Assembly: GCA_030651475.1 (NCBI GenBank)
Contig: JAUSEW010000002.1
Location: forward strand, 83,927-147,926
DNA length: 64,000 nt
Source of the DNA: Candidatus Levyibacteriota bacterium
Lineage (GTDB): Bacteria > Patescibacteriota > Microgenomatia > Levybacterales > UBA12049
Direction: 5' to 3'
The position numbers and the translations under genes are program-made. Positions within the stretch are counted from its first letter, which is position 1; the number at the start of each line of letters is the position of its first letter. A model generated the notes under the pieces. The model had not been told where the DNA came from. It saw only the letters and a list, made by a program, of their open reading frames with translations, and did not search any database. This document shows positions 50,969-60,404 of this stretch, piece after piece.

Positions 50969-53013
50969 TTACTGGTTAATATCCCTTCAATTAGTTCAGG
51001 CCTTAAGAAAATATCATGTACTTGGTCAATCATTGCCCAGAGAATTCTTAGTTGTCTTTCATCGGCTTCCTCAATTGCCTTACCAAGCAAAAACCTTTTT
51101 GTTATATGCTGTCTAATAATTTTTATTAAATATGCTTGTCTATCATCAGGATTTCTATCATATTCAAGTAAGGAAGCTATCGCAATATTATGTGTCTGTT
51201 TAATTATTTGTTTTTTTATCTCATCTAGGCTCCAATGGTCTGTATTAGTAGCCTTCGCTAAATTCCTTACATCGATTTCAGGGAGATTTTTATCCAAAGT
51301 TGTCATATCAGAATCAAGATTTAAACTTTTAATCTGGGCAACATCTTCAGATATATTCATTTTGTGCGGGTCATATTCATACTGATCAAGGTATTTTTGC
51401 CATTCATAAATTGGTTCAACAACTTCCGGTGGTTCGGGAGTCGCTGGAATTTTTGACATATCGAGTTTTTCCTCTGCCTCTCCTATTGTCTGCTCACCTT
51501 CTTCAACGGTTTCTATTGTTTCTTTCTCTGTCGGAATTTTTGCTTCATCGATGATAATGTTTGCTGGATCAAGCTGATCCGGATATTCAGTTGCTCTTAA
51601 ATTTTCCCAAAGCCATTTATGCTTTAAGATTGGGTGATCCACTACGAATAATGATTCCCATTCCTCTGTACTTTTTCCCATTCTTCGAAGTCCTCTTCCG
51701 ATTACTTGCGGGCCATAAACAGAAAACTTTTGTCCGCCAACCTCTTTATAGCTAAACTTTCTAAACAGAACCTCAACTGCAATATTTCTTACGTCCCATC
51801 CTTCCCGAAGCATTAAAACAGAAATCACAGCATCAAATTCGGGATGTGGATTTTGATTAAGAGTTTTTGCTTGATCGACTAACTCATCATTTTGTTCATT
51901 ATGAACCAATAAAGTCTTATTGACTTCGTATTTTGGGCCGATCTCCTGCAATGCCCGATCAATATTTTCTGCGTCTGCAATTGATAGAGCAATAACAAAA
52001 AGTAATGGCTTGAATCTTGGTTGACCATCCTTTCCTCTTGGCACGGCTAATCTTTGCTTTGCTAAAAGCTCTAACCCTATGGCTAATTGTTGACGCATTG
52101 GTTTAGCGCTGGTGATATATCTTCTGGCTGGTATTTTTCTTTTTTCAATTTCTTCCCAAGGCATCTCTTCTTCCGAAATAGTTTTACCAGTTATTAAATC
52201 CTCATATGTTAATTTCACTTTCCTAACGTCAGGATGAAAAACTACAATCCTTTTAATGATTTTATCCTTCATTGCTTCGGCAATTCCGTACACAAAGATC
52301 ATCTCGCTATCTGGATGCAAACCATCCAGTCTATCCGGTGTAGCAGTTGTATCCAAGCGGAAAAATCTTTTTGGTTTCAATTTATTTATTAAATCATTAT
52401 AGATTTCTGCTTTTGTATTATGAGCTTCGTCATTAAAGATAACTATGGAATCAATATTTTCCATCAAAACTTTCCAGTTATCTCTTTTTTCGTAGATCTG
52501 CTGTATGTTTCCAATTAAAATATTATTTGCCCTAACGCCAGCAGAGCTTGCTCCTGCTTCCATAACATGATGGGAAAGTCTATCTTTAAGAGGTAAATAC
52601 GAGTTGAAGAAGAACGGAAAAATATTGTAAATATAAATATAGGAGTTCGGATCAAACTCATCTACTAACCTTGATCTGACTATTGTATTTGGCGTGAGAA
52701 CTAAAAATTTATTTTGATCATGCACAATCATCATGTAAGCAATCATTGCGCCAATGACTGTGGTCTTGCCTCCACCTGTAACTATATTTGTTAGAACATC
52801 TTTAAGCCCCAATATTTCAAAAGAATAAACGCATCTCTCAATCGCTTCAATTTGCACTTTCTTCCATTGTTTTTCGTTCCAAAGTTCAAGATTTGGTTTA
52901 AAGTGTTGAGAATTAAGGTGTTTCAAAAAAGCAATACCAGCATCAGGAATCCCTTCATAGGTTTTTCTCCACTGCTTAAAATTCGCCTCATGTGGCTTAA
53001 AAAAATACTGCAT
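50965..53013 (-). CDS. Type III restriction Res-like SF2 helicase, no nuclease domain visible
   Basis: TGGGKT, DEAH, TATP, LREGWDV, QVIGRGLR. Confidence 0.88.
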   Translation of the reverse strand: MQYFFKPHEANFKQWRKTYEGIPDAGIAFLKHLNSQHFKPNLELWNEKQWKKVQIEAIERCVYSFEILGLKDVLTNIVTGGGKTTVIGAMIAYMMIVHDQNKFLVLTPNTIVRSRLVDEFDPNSYIYIYNIFPFFFNSYLPLKDRLSHHVMEAGASSAGVRANNILIGNIQQIYEKRDNWKVLMENIDSIVIFNDEAHNTKAEIYNDLINKLKPKRFFRLDTTATPDRLDGLHPDSEMIFVYGIAEAMKDKIIKRIVVFHPDVRKVKLTYEDLITGKTISEEEMPWEEIEKRKIPARRYITSAKPMRQQLAIGLELLAKQRLAVPRGKDGQPRFKPLLFVIALSIADAENIDRALQEIGPKYEVNKTLLVHNEQNDELVDQAKTLNQNPHPEFDAVISVLMLREGWDVRNIAVEVLFRKFSYKEVGGQKFSVYGPQVIGRGLRRMGKSTEEWESLFVVDHPILKHKWLWENLRATEYPDQLDPANIIIDEAKIPTEKETIETVEEGEQTIGEAEEKLDMSKIPATPEPPEVVEPIYEWQKYLDQYEYDPHKMNISEDVAQIKSLNLDSDMTTLDKNLPEIDVRNLAKATNTDHWSLDEIKKQIIKQTHNIAIASLLEYDRNPDDRQAYLIKIIRQHITKRFLLGKAIEEADERQLRILWAMIDQVHDIFLRPELIEGILTSK

Positions 53014-53065
53014 ATTTACTCAATATTAAGATAGGGTCTAATTTAATTATTACTATTGATATTTC

Positions 53066-54796
53066 TTAAACTTCATAGATCGTATTTATTTTATCTATTA
53101 TTGTGTCATAAACATACTCGAAGTTAGCGTGTGTTTTTTTAGATAACTTTTTTAGTATTGCCTTTACTTTTTTTGAAAAATAAAGAGTGGCAATAGTCTT
53201 TTCGAATGACGTATTATTTGGAATAGCTAGCTCGCTTCTAATTAATCTAATATCCTGCCCTTCAAAAAGATCCTGAAGTATTGTTTTTTTTCTTGATTTA
53301 GAATTAAGTGGTAACAACAGAAATTTTTTTCCCTCTTCATCGCCAAAAAACTTCATTGAATTCTCGAATTCCCTCTGACCTTCAACATCATTATCCCACA
53401 TAGCCAAGTATTTCAATCTCCATCCTATTGAAATTGATATAAAGTACGAAATACTTTCAGCATTTACTGATGGTAAAAATCCTAAATTTAATGTTTTTGG
53501 TTTAAATAATTCAAAACAATAGAAATCATATATTCCCTCAACTATGCATATTGATTCAAAATTAAAGTCTGTTATAAACGGTTTGATTTTGAGAGCATCA
53601 ATAATTGGTTGAACAGCCAGTCTTTTCTCTTTACTATTGTCTTTATATTCCAAAAGAGAAAGAATGCTTATTGATCCATTACTGCTTTTTTGTGCAACTC
53701 TCACGGAATTAAGCGGTATCTGCGATGGATCAAGTAAATAATGAGAATGTGTGCAGTAAATAACGACATTATTGCTAGACAAGTACGAAAGCTTCTCGCA
53801 TAATTTAGATTGAGCACTGGAATGCAGATACGACCCTGGCTCATCAAGTAAATATATAGTATCCTTATCTTCCATACTTCTAACTTTTGGGTTAAATTCA
53901 AGTTTCATAACGAAATTAAAAAACCAGTAAAATCCTTTACTTCGATCACGAATCCCAAAATATCTCTCTTTCCCCTCTATAGTTTCCTTTACAAGAAGCT
54001 TTAAGAATGGTCTCTCCTCTTTAAGGCTATAGTCAATTTGTACATCCAATCTTGCTCCTTTTTCTAAAGTAAATTTTTCCCACTCTTTTGCTAAAGTTTG
54101 ATTTAATACCTTACATGCATCTCCCAAGATACTTTGTCTTGTTAACTCTTCAATCTCCTTTAATTTAAATACTGAATAGTCATTATTTGTTTTTCTGAAT
54201 AATTGTTCAATAATTTCTAACCATCCCTTAGCTTGATTATTCTCACCTACTATTTCCATTTCTTCTTGGACAGTATCCCTGAAGTCATCGAAATATAAAA
54301 TATGCGGAGTTTTCCGAAGTATTGTATCTATCAAAAGCGTATTAATATTTGAGTAGTTTTCAAGTTCTTGGTTCTTAATCGAGTACTGTTTATTTATAAG
54401 ATCTCTCTTGATAAATAAATAGCATGTTTTCTGATCAACCCTAGAAACAAACTCTTTAAATTCTGTTAGTTCTCGTACAGCGTCTTCAGATAATCCTGAT
54501 ACATTTCCTAGTTGTTCGTGTATACTTAGGCATTCTTCTTTGCTTATCTCTATTTTTGCTGTTACTGAAGGCACTCCCTGATCGGTAGTTTTGTATAAAT
54601 TCCGGACATTTATTAACTGTCGCCCATCGTTTAGGCTATCGTTCGAAAGATCAAAAGCAAAAATTGCCCATAAAATACTAGTTTTCCCGCTTTCATTTAT
54701 GCCAATTATAGGAAGCAAGCTCCTTTTAGAGATATCTACCTCTAAATTTCCTGAAATAGCTTTATAATCAGATATTGTAAAGCTTAAATACCTCAT
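53066..54796 (-). CDS. OLD-family ABC ATPase-TOPRIM nuclease
   Basis: Walker A GINESGKT, signature SKG, LLDEPGSYLH, THS; TOPRIM VEGIYD and DND. Confidence 0.85.
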   Translation of the reverse strand: MRYLSFTISDYKAISGNLEVDISKRSLLPIIGINESGKTSILWAIFAFDLSNDSLNDGRQLINVRNLYKTTDQGVPSVTAKIEISKEECLSIHEQLGNVSGLSEDAVRELTEFKEFVSRVDQKTCYLFIKRDLINKQYSIKNQELENYSNINTLLIDTILRKTPHILYFDDFRDTVQEEMEIVGENNQAKGWLEIIEQLFRKTNNDYSVFKLKEIEELTRQSILGDACKVLNQTLAKEWEKFTLEKGARLDVQIDYSLKEERPFLKLLVKETIEGKERYFGIRDRSKGFYWFFNFVMKLEFNPKVRSMEDKDTIYLLDEPGSYLHSSAQSKLCEKLSYLSSNNVVIYCTHSHYLLDPSQIPLNSVRVAQKSSNGSISILSLLEYKDNSKEKRLAVQPIIDALKIKPFITDFNFESICIVEGIYDFYCFELFKPKTLNLGFLPSVNAESISYFISISIGWRLKYLAMWDNDVEGQREFENSMKFFGDEEGKKFLLLPLNSKSRKKTILQDLFEGQDIRLIRSELAIPNNTSFEKTIATLYFSKKVKAILKKLSKKTHANFEYVYDTIIDKINTIYEV

Positions 54797-56799
54797 TTTG
54801 TTACCTCCATTTTTTTACTTAAAATTGTCTCTCCTGCTAAATTATCTTGTACTTTGCACGCAACAACATACTCTCTCTCTTTATCAAATTTATGCTTCGC
54901 TTTTAACACTGCCTCAAAAATCTCTCCACGCTTTTTACCTGCCCCGTTGCGCAGCTTTACGGGGTCCTTTTTCTTTTCTCGAGATAAAACATAATCTTTA
55001 TCTGCAGAAAAATGTCCTTCCTGATAATCAAAATCCCATTGAGCATTTACAAGCCAGCCATCTTCATTTGTTGAAATTGCATCCACTGCTTCAAACTCAT
55101 ATTCCAAAAGCCCAATTTTTTTAATCTTAATATCTCCAATTACAGGAGGTTTGGAAAAACGAAGGAATAATTCCGCATCTTCAACATCGGGCATTCTTTG
55201 TAAAATCCTTTGCCTAAAGGCTTTGGAATCTAACGGAATTGCTTCCAATTCTATAGGCAGATTATATTTTTGTGAATAATTTTGCAGAGCTTTAACATAA
55301 GCCAATACTTGTCTGGAAAATCTCCAAGCAACAATTTTTGCACGGATCATTTGATTTACTTGAACTTTGGCTTTTATTTCATCGAAAAACGTTTTAATAT
55401 CCTTTACGTCAATTGATTCATTTGGATTGGGATGCCCAATATAAATTGGTTCTTGTTGCGCAGGCGGTCTATAGCCATGAGTAACTCCTGCTCCGGTATT
55501 TCGGCTCGCTCCATAAGCAGTTAAAACAAAATTTATAAATTCTTCTTGATTTAAGTTTTTAAACTTCTCAACTGGGTAAACTCCCAAATAGTAAACTTCA
55601 ATATTGGGAACTTTCTCAAAAGTGCCTTCCGTCTGTAACCCCAACTGAAAGGCTTTATTGTCAGTTGAAATATTACTTTTAACCCCGCTCATTTCCTCCC
55701 CAACTTTTACCAACCTATCTAAAGTAACGGAAACAGCCACTCTTGAAGAATCACAGCCAATAAATTTTCTTTTCAATTTCTGAGCTACAGCTAATGTTGT
55801 TCCACCTCCCACAAAAAAATCTGCTACTACCTCGCCTTCGTTTGAAGAGGCTTTTATAATTCTTTCTAAGAGAACTTCTGGTTTCTGAGTCGGGTAACCG
55901 ATTCTTTCTTTGTGAACTGCTGGAATAGTAGGGATATCCCAGACATCCTCGGGATACTTTCCTTCATCTAAATAATATTTATAGTATTTACCCATTTTAG
56001 AACTCCATTTTTTTCTAAATCTCCTTCCTTCTTCATCTTTATAGTGAAAGTTTTCCTCTGCAGAAGATTCCTTAAATGGGACTTTTACTCTTTCTATTTC
56101 AAATGTATATTTTTTGGATTTGGAGTAAAGAAAAATAATATCATGCTTCTTGCTAAAATCCTTTTTTGATTTTGCTCCCATGTGATACCACCAAATAACT
56201 TCATTTACAAAATTTTCATATCCAAAAATCTTATCCATCTCTGTTTTAATATAATGACTAGCATGCCAGTCGCAATGGACGTAAATACTGCCTGTATTTT
56301 TTAAAACTCTTCGCATTTCCCAAAGCCTAGCGTTAAGCCAAATCAAATAACTCGTTATTCCACCTTCCCAAATATCCTCAAAAGTTCTTACTTCGTTACT
56401 GTCTCCCCAAATAACGTTGTAATTTCTGCCAGAGAAAAAGGGAGGATCAATATAAATTAAGTCTATTGAATTGCTTGGAAGAGTACGTAAGACCTCTAAA
56501 TTATCCCCAAGATAGAGTTTATTAGCCGGAGATTGTGGGTCATTAAATATTACCGTATCTCCATGATTTTTAGGATGAAGTGCAGGAATATTAATATAAG
56601 GAAATACCCTATCAAATGCTTTATGGTCATCATAACCAAGAGGCGGATTTGTCGGGTCTGGTAAATTATGTAAGCGTTTCCTAAGTTTTGAAGAAACAGA
56701 AATAACACTCTTTTGATCTGGGCGTTCCTGCCCTTCGGATTCTTTCTGTATTTTCTCTAATTCCTCTTTGTCAATTACTGATTTATTCTGTGTGTGCAT
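54793..56799 (-). CDS. Beta-class DNA methyltransferase (type III Mod-like) with long C-terminal extension
   Basis: GDNL, IYIDPPF, YPTQKP..LLERII, DFFVGGGTT. Confidence 0.92.
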   Translation of the reverse strand: MHTQNKSVIDKEELEKIQKESEGQERPDQKSVISVSSKLRKRLHNLPDPTNPPLGYDDHKAFDRVFPYINIPALHPKNHGDTVIFNDPQSPANKLYLGDNLEVLRTLPSNSIDLIYIDPPFFSGRNYNVIWGDSNEVRTFEDIWEGGITSYLIWLNARLWEMRRVLKNTGSIYVHCDWHASHYIKTEMDKIFGYENFVNEVIWWYHMGAKSKKDFSKKHDIIFLYSKSKKYTFEIERVKVPFKESSAEENFHYKDEEGRRFRKKWSSKMGKYYKYYLDEGKYPEDVWDIPTIPAVHKERIGYPTQKPEVLLERIIKASSNEGEVVADFFVGGGTTLAVAQKLKRKFIGCDSSRVAVSVTLDRLVKVGEEMSGVKSNISTDNKAFQLGLQTEGTFEKVPNIEVYYLGVYPVEKFKNLNQEEFINFVLTAYGASRNTGAGVTHGYRPPAQQEPIYIGHPNPNESIDVKDIKTFFDEIKAKVQVNQMIRAKIVAWRFSRQVLAYVKALQNYSQKYNLPIELEAIPLDSKAFRQRILQRMPDVEDAELFLRFSKPPVIGDIKIKKIGLLEYEFEAVDAISTNEDGWLVNAQWDFDYQEGHFSADKDYVLSREKKKDPVKLRNGAGKKRGEIFEAVLKAKHKFDKEREYVVACKVQDNLAGETILSKKMEVTK

Positions 56800-57019
56800 G
56801 TAGACTAATTTTACCAGAAAACCAAGATTATAAAAAGAAGAGAATTCCTTTTCGTGTGGAGGAAATTTATAATGGATAGGGAAAATTAAACTTTAAAGAA
56901 TTGAGCAAATCTCAATTTATAAAGATTCTCCAGGAAATCTGTCCCGGCATATCCTGCTAACAAAGATATTTTCCCCCGCATAATCTTGCTTTTCGCCTTT
57001 TCACTACTATTCGTAGACG

Positions 57020-57043
57020 GCTCCCTCCAGAGGCGGGCAGGCA
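57020..57043. repeat. Left 24-bp inverted repeat of the Bro-N cassette
   Basis: GCTCCCTCCAGAGGCGGGCAGGCA; 23/24 match to the reverse complement of 57958-57981. Confidence 0.85.
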
Positions 57044-57095
57044 AAGAGCGATTTGAGCGGGGCAGGCAAATCATTGTTGGCAATAATTCCGGACA

Positions 57096-57917
57096 TTATG
57101 AAAGTTGCTTAGCCCTTTGTTTCTTAGGTAAGTAATTCTTTTTGGAAACTATTGACCTTCCAAGACGTTTTTCAAGCTTTCTTCTTGCACCGCCGGCAAT
57201 ATCACCACCTGCTTTGGCATCACTTTTAAGTTTAGGCATTCCTTTTGAATCTTCGTTGCGATGAATTTCAGTAGTAGCCCTTTCCCCAAGCATGGTAAAA
57301 ATTAACTCAAAGTCATCCATGTGATCTCTTAAGTTTTGCCGCTTTAATCCCTTTAACTTTTTGTACTGACTTGGAGTTACACCAAACATTGCTTTGGAGA
57401 TTTCAGCCGTGAGAATTTCATAATCCCTCTGTATCCTTGCTCCTCTTTTTTGCCATTCATCAGTTAATTCTTCGCGGATAGCAATACCTCTCATCCGTTT
57501 CTCTATCCAATCATCAGAATAACCTTTTGCTTTATACAAGGCTCTTGTTCTTTTGGTTGCCAGTTCAGGATCTTCTATTTCTTGGATTCTTTCATATCCA
57601 ACTCTTGCCAGCCATCTTTTGAAAGGCTCAGCTTTGGGAGAAGGGATAGACTGGATGATACGAAAAACTCCTTCGGTATTGGCACAGCTTATTTTTTGTT
57701 TTCCTCCTTTTGTTTCAATTAAAAGGGGGGTGGCAATTTGCCTCCACCCCTTGGAGATCTCGGGGTCACGTCGGCGCATATCTTTGATATACCCTTCGGG
57801 TTGAACAGAATCGGTAAGTGCTGCAACTACATCAACAATAACAAACCACCATTCATGGTGATGGATAGTCTTACGGATTTGCTTATTTCTAAAAATAGCA
57901 ATTTTGGTATCAATCAT
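57096..57917 (-). CDS. Bro-N domain (antirepressor-like) protein
   Basis: IFRNKQIR...WWF..VDV, RIIQSIPSPKAEPFKRWLA; start set at MIDTK after TGCTATACT. Confidence 0.85.
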   Translation of the reverse strand: MIDTKIAIFRNKQIRKTIHHHEWWFVIVDVVAALTDSVQPEGYIKDMRRRDPEISKGWRQIATPLLIETKGGKQKISCANTEGVFRIIQSIPSPKAEPFKRWLARVGYERIQEIEDPELATKRTRALYKAKGYSDDWIEKRMRGIAIREELTDEWQKRGARIQRDYEILTAEISKAMFGVTPSQYKKLKGLKRQNLRDHMDDFELIFTMLGERATTEIHRNEDSKGMPKLKSDAKAGGDIAGGARRKLEKRLGRSIVSKKNYLPKKQRAKQLS

Positions 57918-57957
57918 GAATTTCAGTATAGCATGTCTGAAGAAAGGATGGCCAAAG

Positions 57958-57981
57958 TGCCTGCCCGTCTCTGGAGGGAGC
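57958..57981. repeat. Right 24-bp inverted repeat of the Bro-N cassette
   Basis: TGCCTGCCCGTCTCTGGAGGGAGC. Confidence 0.85.
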
Positions 57982-58077
57982 AGAAGCGACCGACTGTGCC
58001 CTGAGCGAAGTCGAAGGGCTACCTTTAAAAGCAGTTCGGACTTTTTCATAAACGTCCACAAAATTCACCCTGTTATT

Positions 58078-58224
58078 TTAGGCATTCATCATGTCCACAA
58101 ATTCTTGCTGCTCTGTTTGCTTCAGCAATTCTTTTATCTGTATTAAAACCACAACAGTGATAATATGCGGAGCTATTAGTTGATTTTTTGCAGGTTCTTC
58201 TCTTTTGAAATTTTCTCTTTCCAT
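58078..58224 (-). CDS. 48-aa small ORF (MERENFKREE...), not in ORF track
   Basis: ATG immediately after a terminator-like hairpin of a structured leader. Confidence 0.4.
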   Translation of the reverse strand: MERENFKREEPAKNQLIAPHIITVVVLIQIKELLKQTEQQEFVDMMNA

Positions 58225-58378
58225 AAAAAAACCCGCCTATTGGCGGGAATTTGCAATCTGTTTTTAACTAACAGAAATTCTCCGCCCTTTACGGGTTAGT
58301 AAGGAGAGTCTCGTTAGCTAAAAATTTTACTTGATTCATCTTTAAATTATTTTATCAATTAATTTTTATCTTTGTCAA
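58225..58378 (-). promoter_or_regulatory. Promoter, structured leader and terminator-like hairpin
   Basis: TTGACA-N18-TAAAAT; CTAAC/GTTAG and CTCC/GGAG stems; CCCGCC-AATA-GGCGGG-T7. Confidence 0.6.
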
Positions 58379-58468
58379 TAACTAAATTAAAACTTTTAAT
58401 TTATAGGAATTTTTACTTGATGAGTGGGAAACGAACGAGATTGGGTAGGGCAATCTCTATTGATTATC

Positions 58469-59704
58469 TTATGTTTTCTTCATAGCTTTTAACGCGTCAA
58501 GTTTTATTCGCCTAGCAACTTGTTTTTCTCGCTTAGTTTTATTTTTTTCGTTTCGCCATGCTTCGAGCATCTTTCTAAGTGTCGTTGTCAAAGCAAGGTC
58601 ATCAGAGAACTCTTTGATAGCCCCTTCTACTAATTGAACGTCTTTATTATCATAAATAATGAAAGCGTTTCCTTTTATTTGGTGGATTAAAAACTTACGT
58701 TTCAAATCACCTTCAAGCATGCGTAATGTTCTGTTGCCCAGGAAAGAATCCACAAGAATAGGTTCGTTTGTAGTTAATATGAATTCCAATTCTTTTAGGT
58801 AAAACTCTTTGCTTACGGGCAATTCTCCTCTATCGTTAGTCATAGATCCAAGTATTACGGCATATGAATAAGCAGTATGGAACCCATTTGGACTAGAGGG
58901 ATTTTGATTTTTTTCTTCTTCATGAATTATTTCATGCATTTTGTTTGCCGCTTTACGTTTCCACGATTCGTCAACGGAGGTATTGTCGTATAGGTCGCTT
59001 AACGGTTTGTATTTATCAATGTCACGAATGTCAAAACCAAACAACATTCTTAACACAGACTCAATATATTCAGAAGATATGGGATGATTATGAATAGTAA
59101 AATGCGCGAATAGTTCCTCCGCTTGTTTAGTATCTAAGGCAGTAAGTAAATGAGGGATAAGCATATTATAGGTCTTTAATGACGTAGCGTAACGTCCGAT
59201 CAGATTAATTATGGCCATACGCTCTTCTTCCGTTGGTGTTCCTTTTTCTTCTATTCCTACTTCTATTGTTTTTACCGCTTTTTCCGTTTCTTTGACGTAG
59301 TCTGGAAGTTTAGAAGCAACAAAATTTGCTTGTTCTTTGCTTAGTTTTCCTAACAGTCTCTTTACCCGACCCTCTTTATTTTCATCAGCATCTCTTCCAT
59401 ATGAAATGTACGAAATAAATAAACCGAGATTGCCGTGGCTGTTTTCCGCATCAACGCTTACTAAGAAAGGGAGTTTTGTAATATCGGGTGCAAAAAGCAC
59501 TTGTAATGCTCTTTGTTGATATTGCGGATCAACATCTTCTCTTAAAAGAGCAACCATATCGTCTTTGGTTCTTTTGACACCCATAAACTGATCCCAAGCG
59601 GCTTCTTGAGGACCTTCGGGGAAAAACCTATGAATAGTTTCTTCTAAGAAATTATCAACGCGTGGATCTAGGGGCGGAGTTCTTTCTTGTTTTGATCCTG
59701 CCAT
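58469..59704 (-). CDS. Hypothetical protein (411 aa)
   Basis: Long ORF starting 3 nt after the upstream stop; no motif recognised. Confidence 0.6.
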   Translation of the reverse strand: MAGSKQERTPPLDPRVDNFLEETIHRFFPEGPQEAAWDQFMGVKRTKDDMVALLREDVDPQYQQRALQVLFAPDITKLPFLVSVDAENSHGNLGLFISYISYGRDADENKEGRVKRLLGKLSKEQANFVASKLPDYVKETEKAVKTIEVGIEEKGTPTEEERMAIINLIGRYATSLKTYNMLIPHLLTALDTKQAEELFAHFTIHNHPISSEYIESVLRMLFGFDIRDIDKYKPLSDLYDNTSVDESWKRKAANKMHEIIHEEEKNQNPSSPNGFHTAYSYAVILGSMTNDRGELPVSKEFYLKELEFILTTNEPILVDSFLGNRTLRMLEGDLKRKFLIHQIKGNAFIIYDNKDVQLVEGAIKEFSDDLALTTTLRKMLEAWRNEKNKTKREKQVARRIKLDALKAMKKT

Positions 59705-59707
59705 ATG

Positions 59708-60346
59708 TTATCCGACTTGCGTGGCGACGACGCGTTCGTTAGAAAGACCAAAGGTTGTGCCGTGTTTCTTGAACATTGACCAATATTCTTTTTTAGCTTT
59801 CTTGCTTTTGAACATAGATAGCCAAGCTTTGGAATCTTCAACTTTAGCTCGGGCCTGGCGAATAGTAACAAGCATCCATTCAAAAAACGATTGATGATAT
59901 TTTCCGGGTTTTGCAACTCTTTGCTCTACTGTAATTTCTCTAAATTCCGTTCTTAATTCTTCAGAGCTCTCAACAAGCTTTTTTAACTCAACAATTATTT
60001 GCTGAATTTGAGCTTTTGTTTCTTGGTTTTCTTGGGAAACAACCCGTTCTTGAGCATGAACTATCTCTGCCGTATAATTAATCCCCGGTGTAATATCTTT
60101 TTTCTTTTCTTGCTCTTCCTTAAGTTTTTTTAAATTAAGTTCTTTCCCTTCCGCAAGATCTCCGCTTAGATTTTGGGCTTCCTCTTTTGCGTATTTATTA
60201 ATTCCCAGAAACTGTTCCCAGATATCTCCCAGCGCATCTTGAGTATTTTTAGCTATGGATTGGGGAACAGCTGACAGCGTATCTCGTACAGCTTCTACTG
60301 GATTTCGATCTACATATTGTCTGGCTTTGGATTTCGTTCTTTTCAT
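59708..60346 (-). CDS. DUF5660-like CPR protein
   Basis: PG.YH.SFF, YW.M.KKHGT.F.LS.ER.VATQ.G C-terminus. Confidence 0.7.
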   Translation of the reverse strand: MKRTKSKARQYVDRNPVEAVRDTLSAVPQSIAKNTQDALGDIWEQFLGINKYAKEEAQNLSGDLAEGKELNLKKLKEEQEKKKDITPGINYTAEIVHAQERVVSQENQETKAQIQQIIVELKKLVESSEELRTEFREITVEQRVAKPGKYHQSFFEWMLVTIRQARAKVEDSKAWLSMFKSKKAKKEYWSMFKKHGTTFGLSNERVVATQVG

Positions 60347-60404
60347 ACATTCGATAAACTCAGTATGATTCTGAGCGAAGTCGAAGAATCATACTGTCAC
60401 ATTA

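Noticed and set aside
53066-54796. Gabija or retron system
   Set aside because: No UvrD-like GajB and no reverse transcriptase nearby; the adjacent helicase is SF2 Res-type.
56886-57083. 65-aa ORF as a real gene or half of a gene split by the Bro-N cassette
   Set aside because: Its first half is repeat sequence, and removing the cassette by eye did not restore a convincing ORF.
57096-57917. Prophage marked by Bro-N
   Set aside because: No structural, replication or lysis genes in the window.
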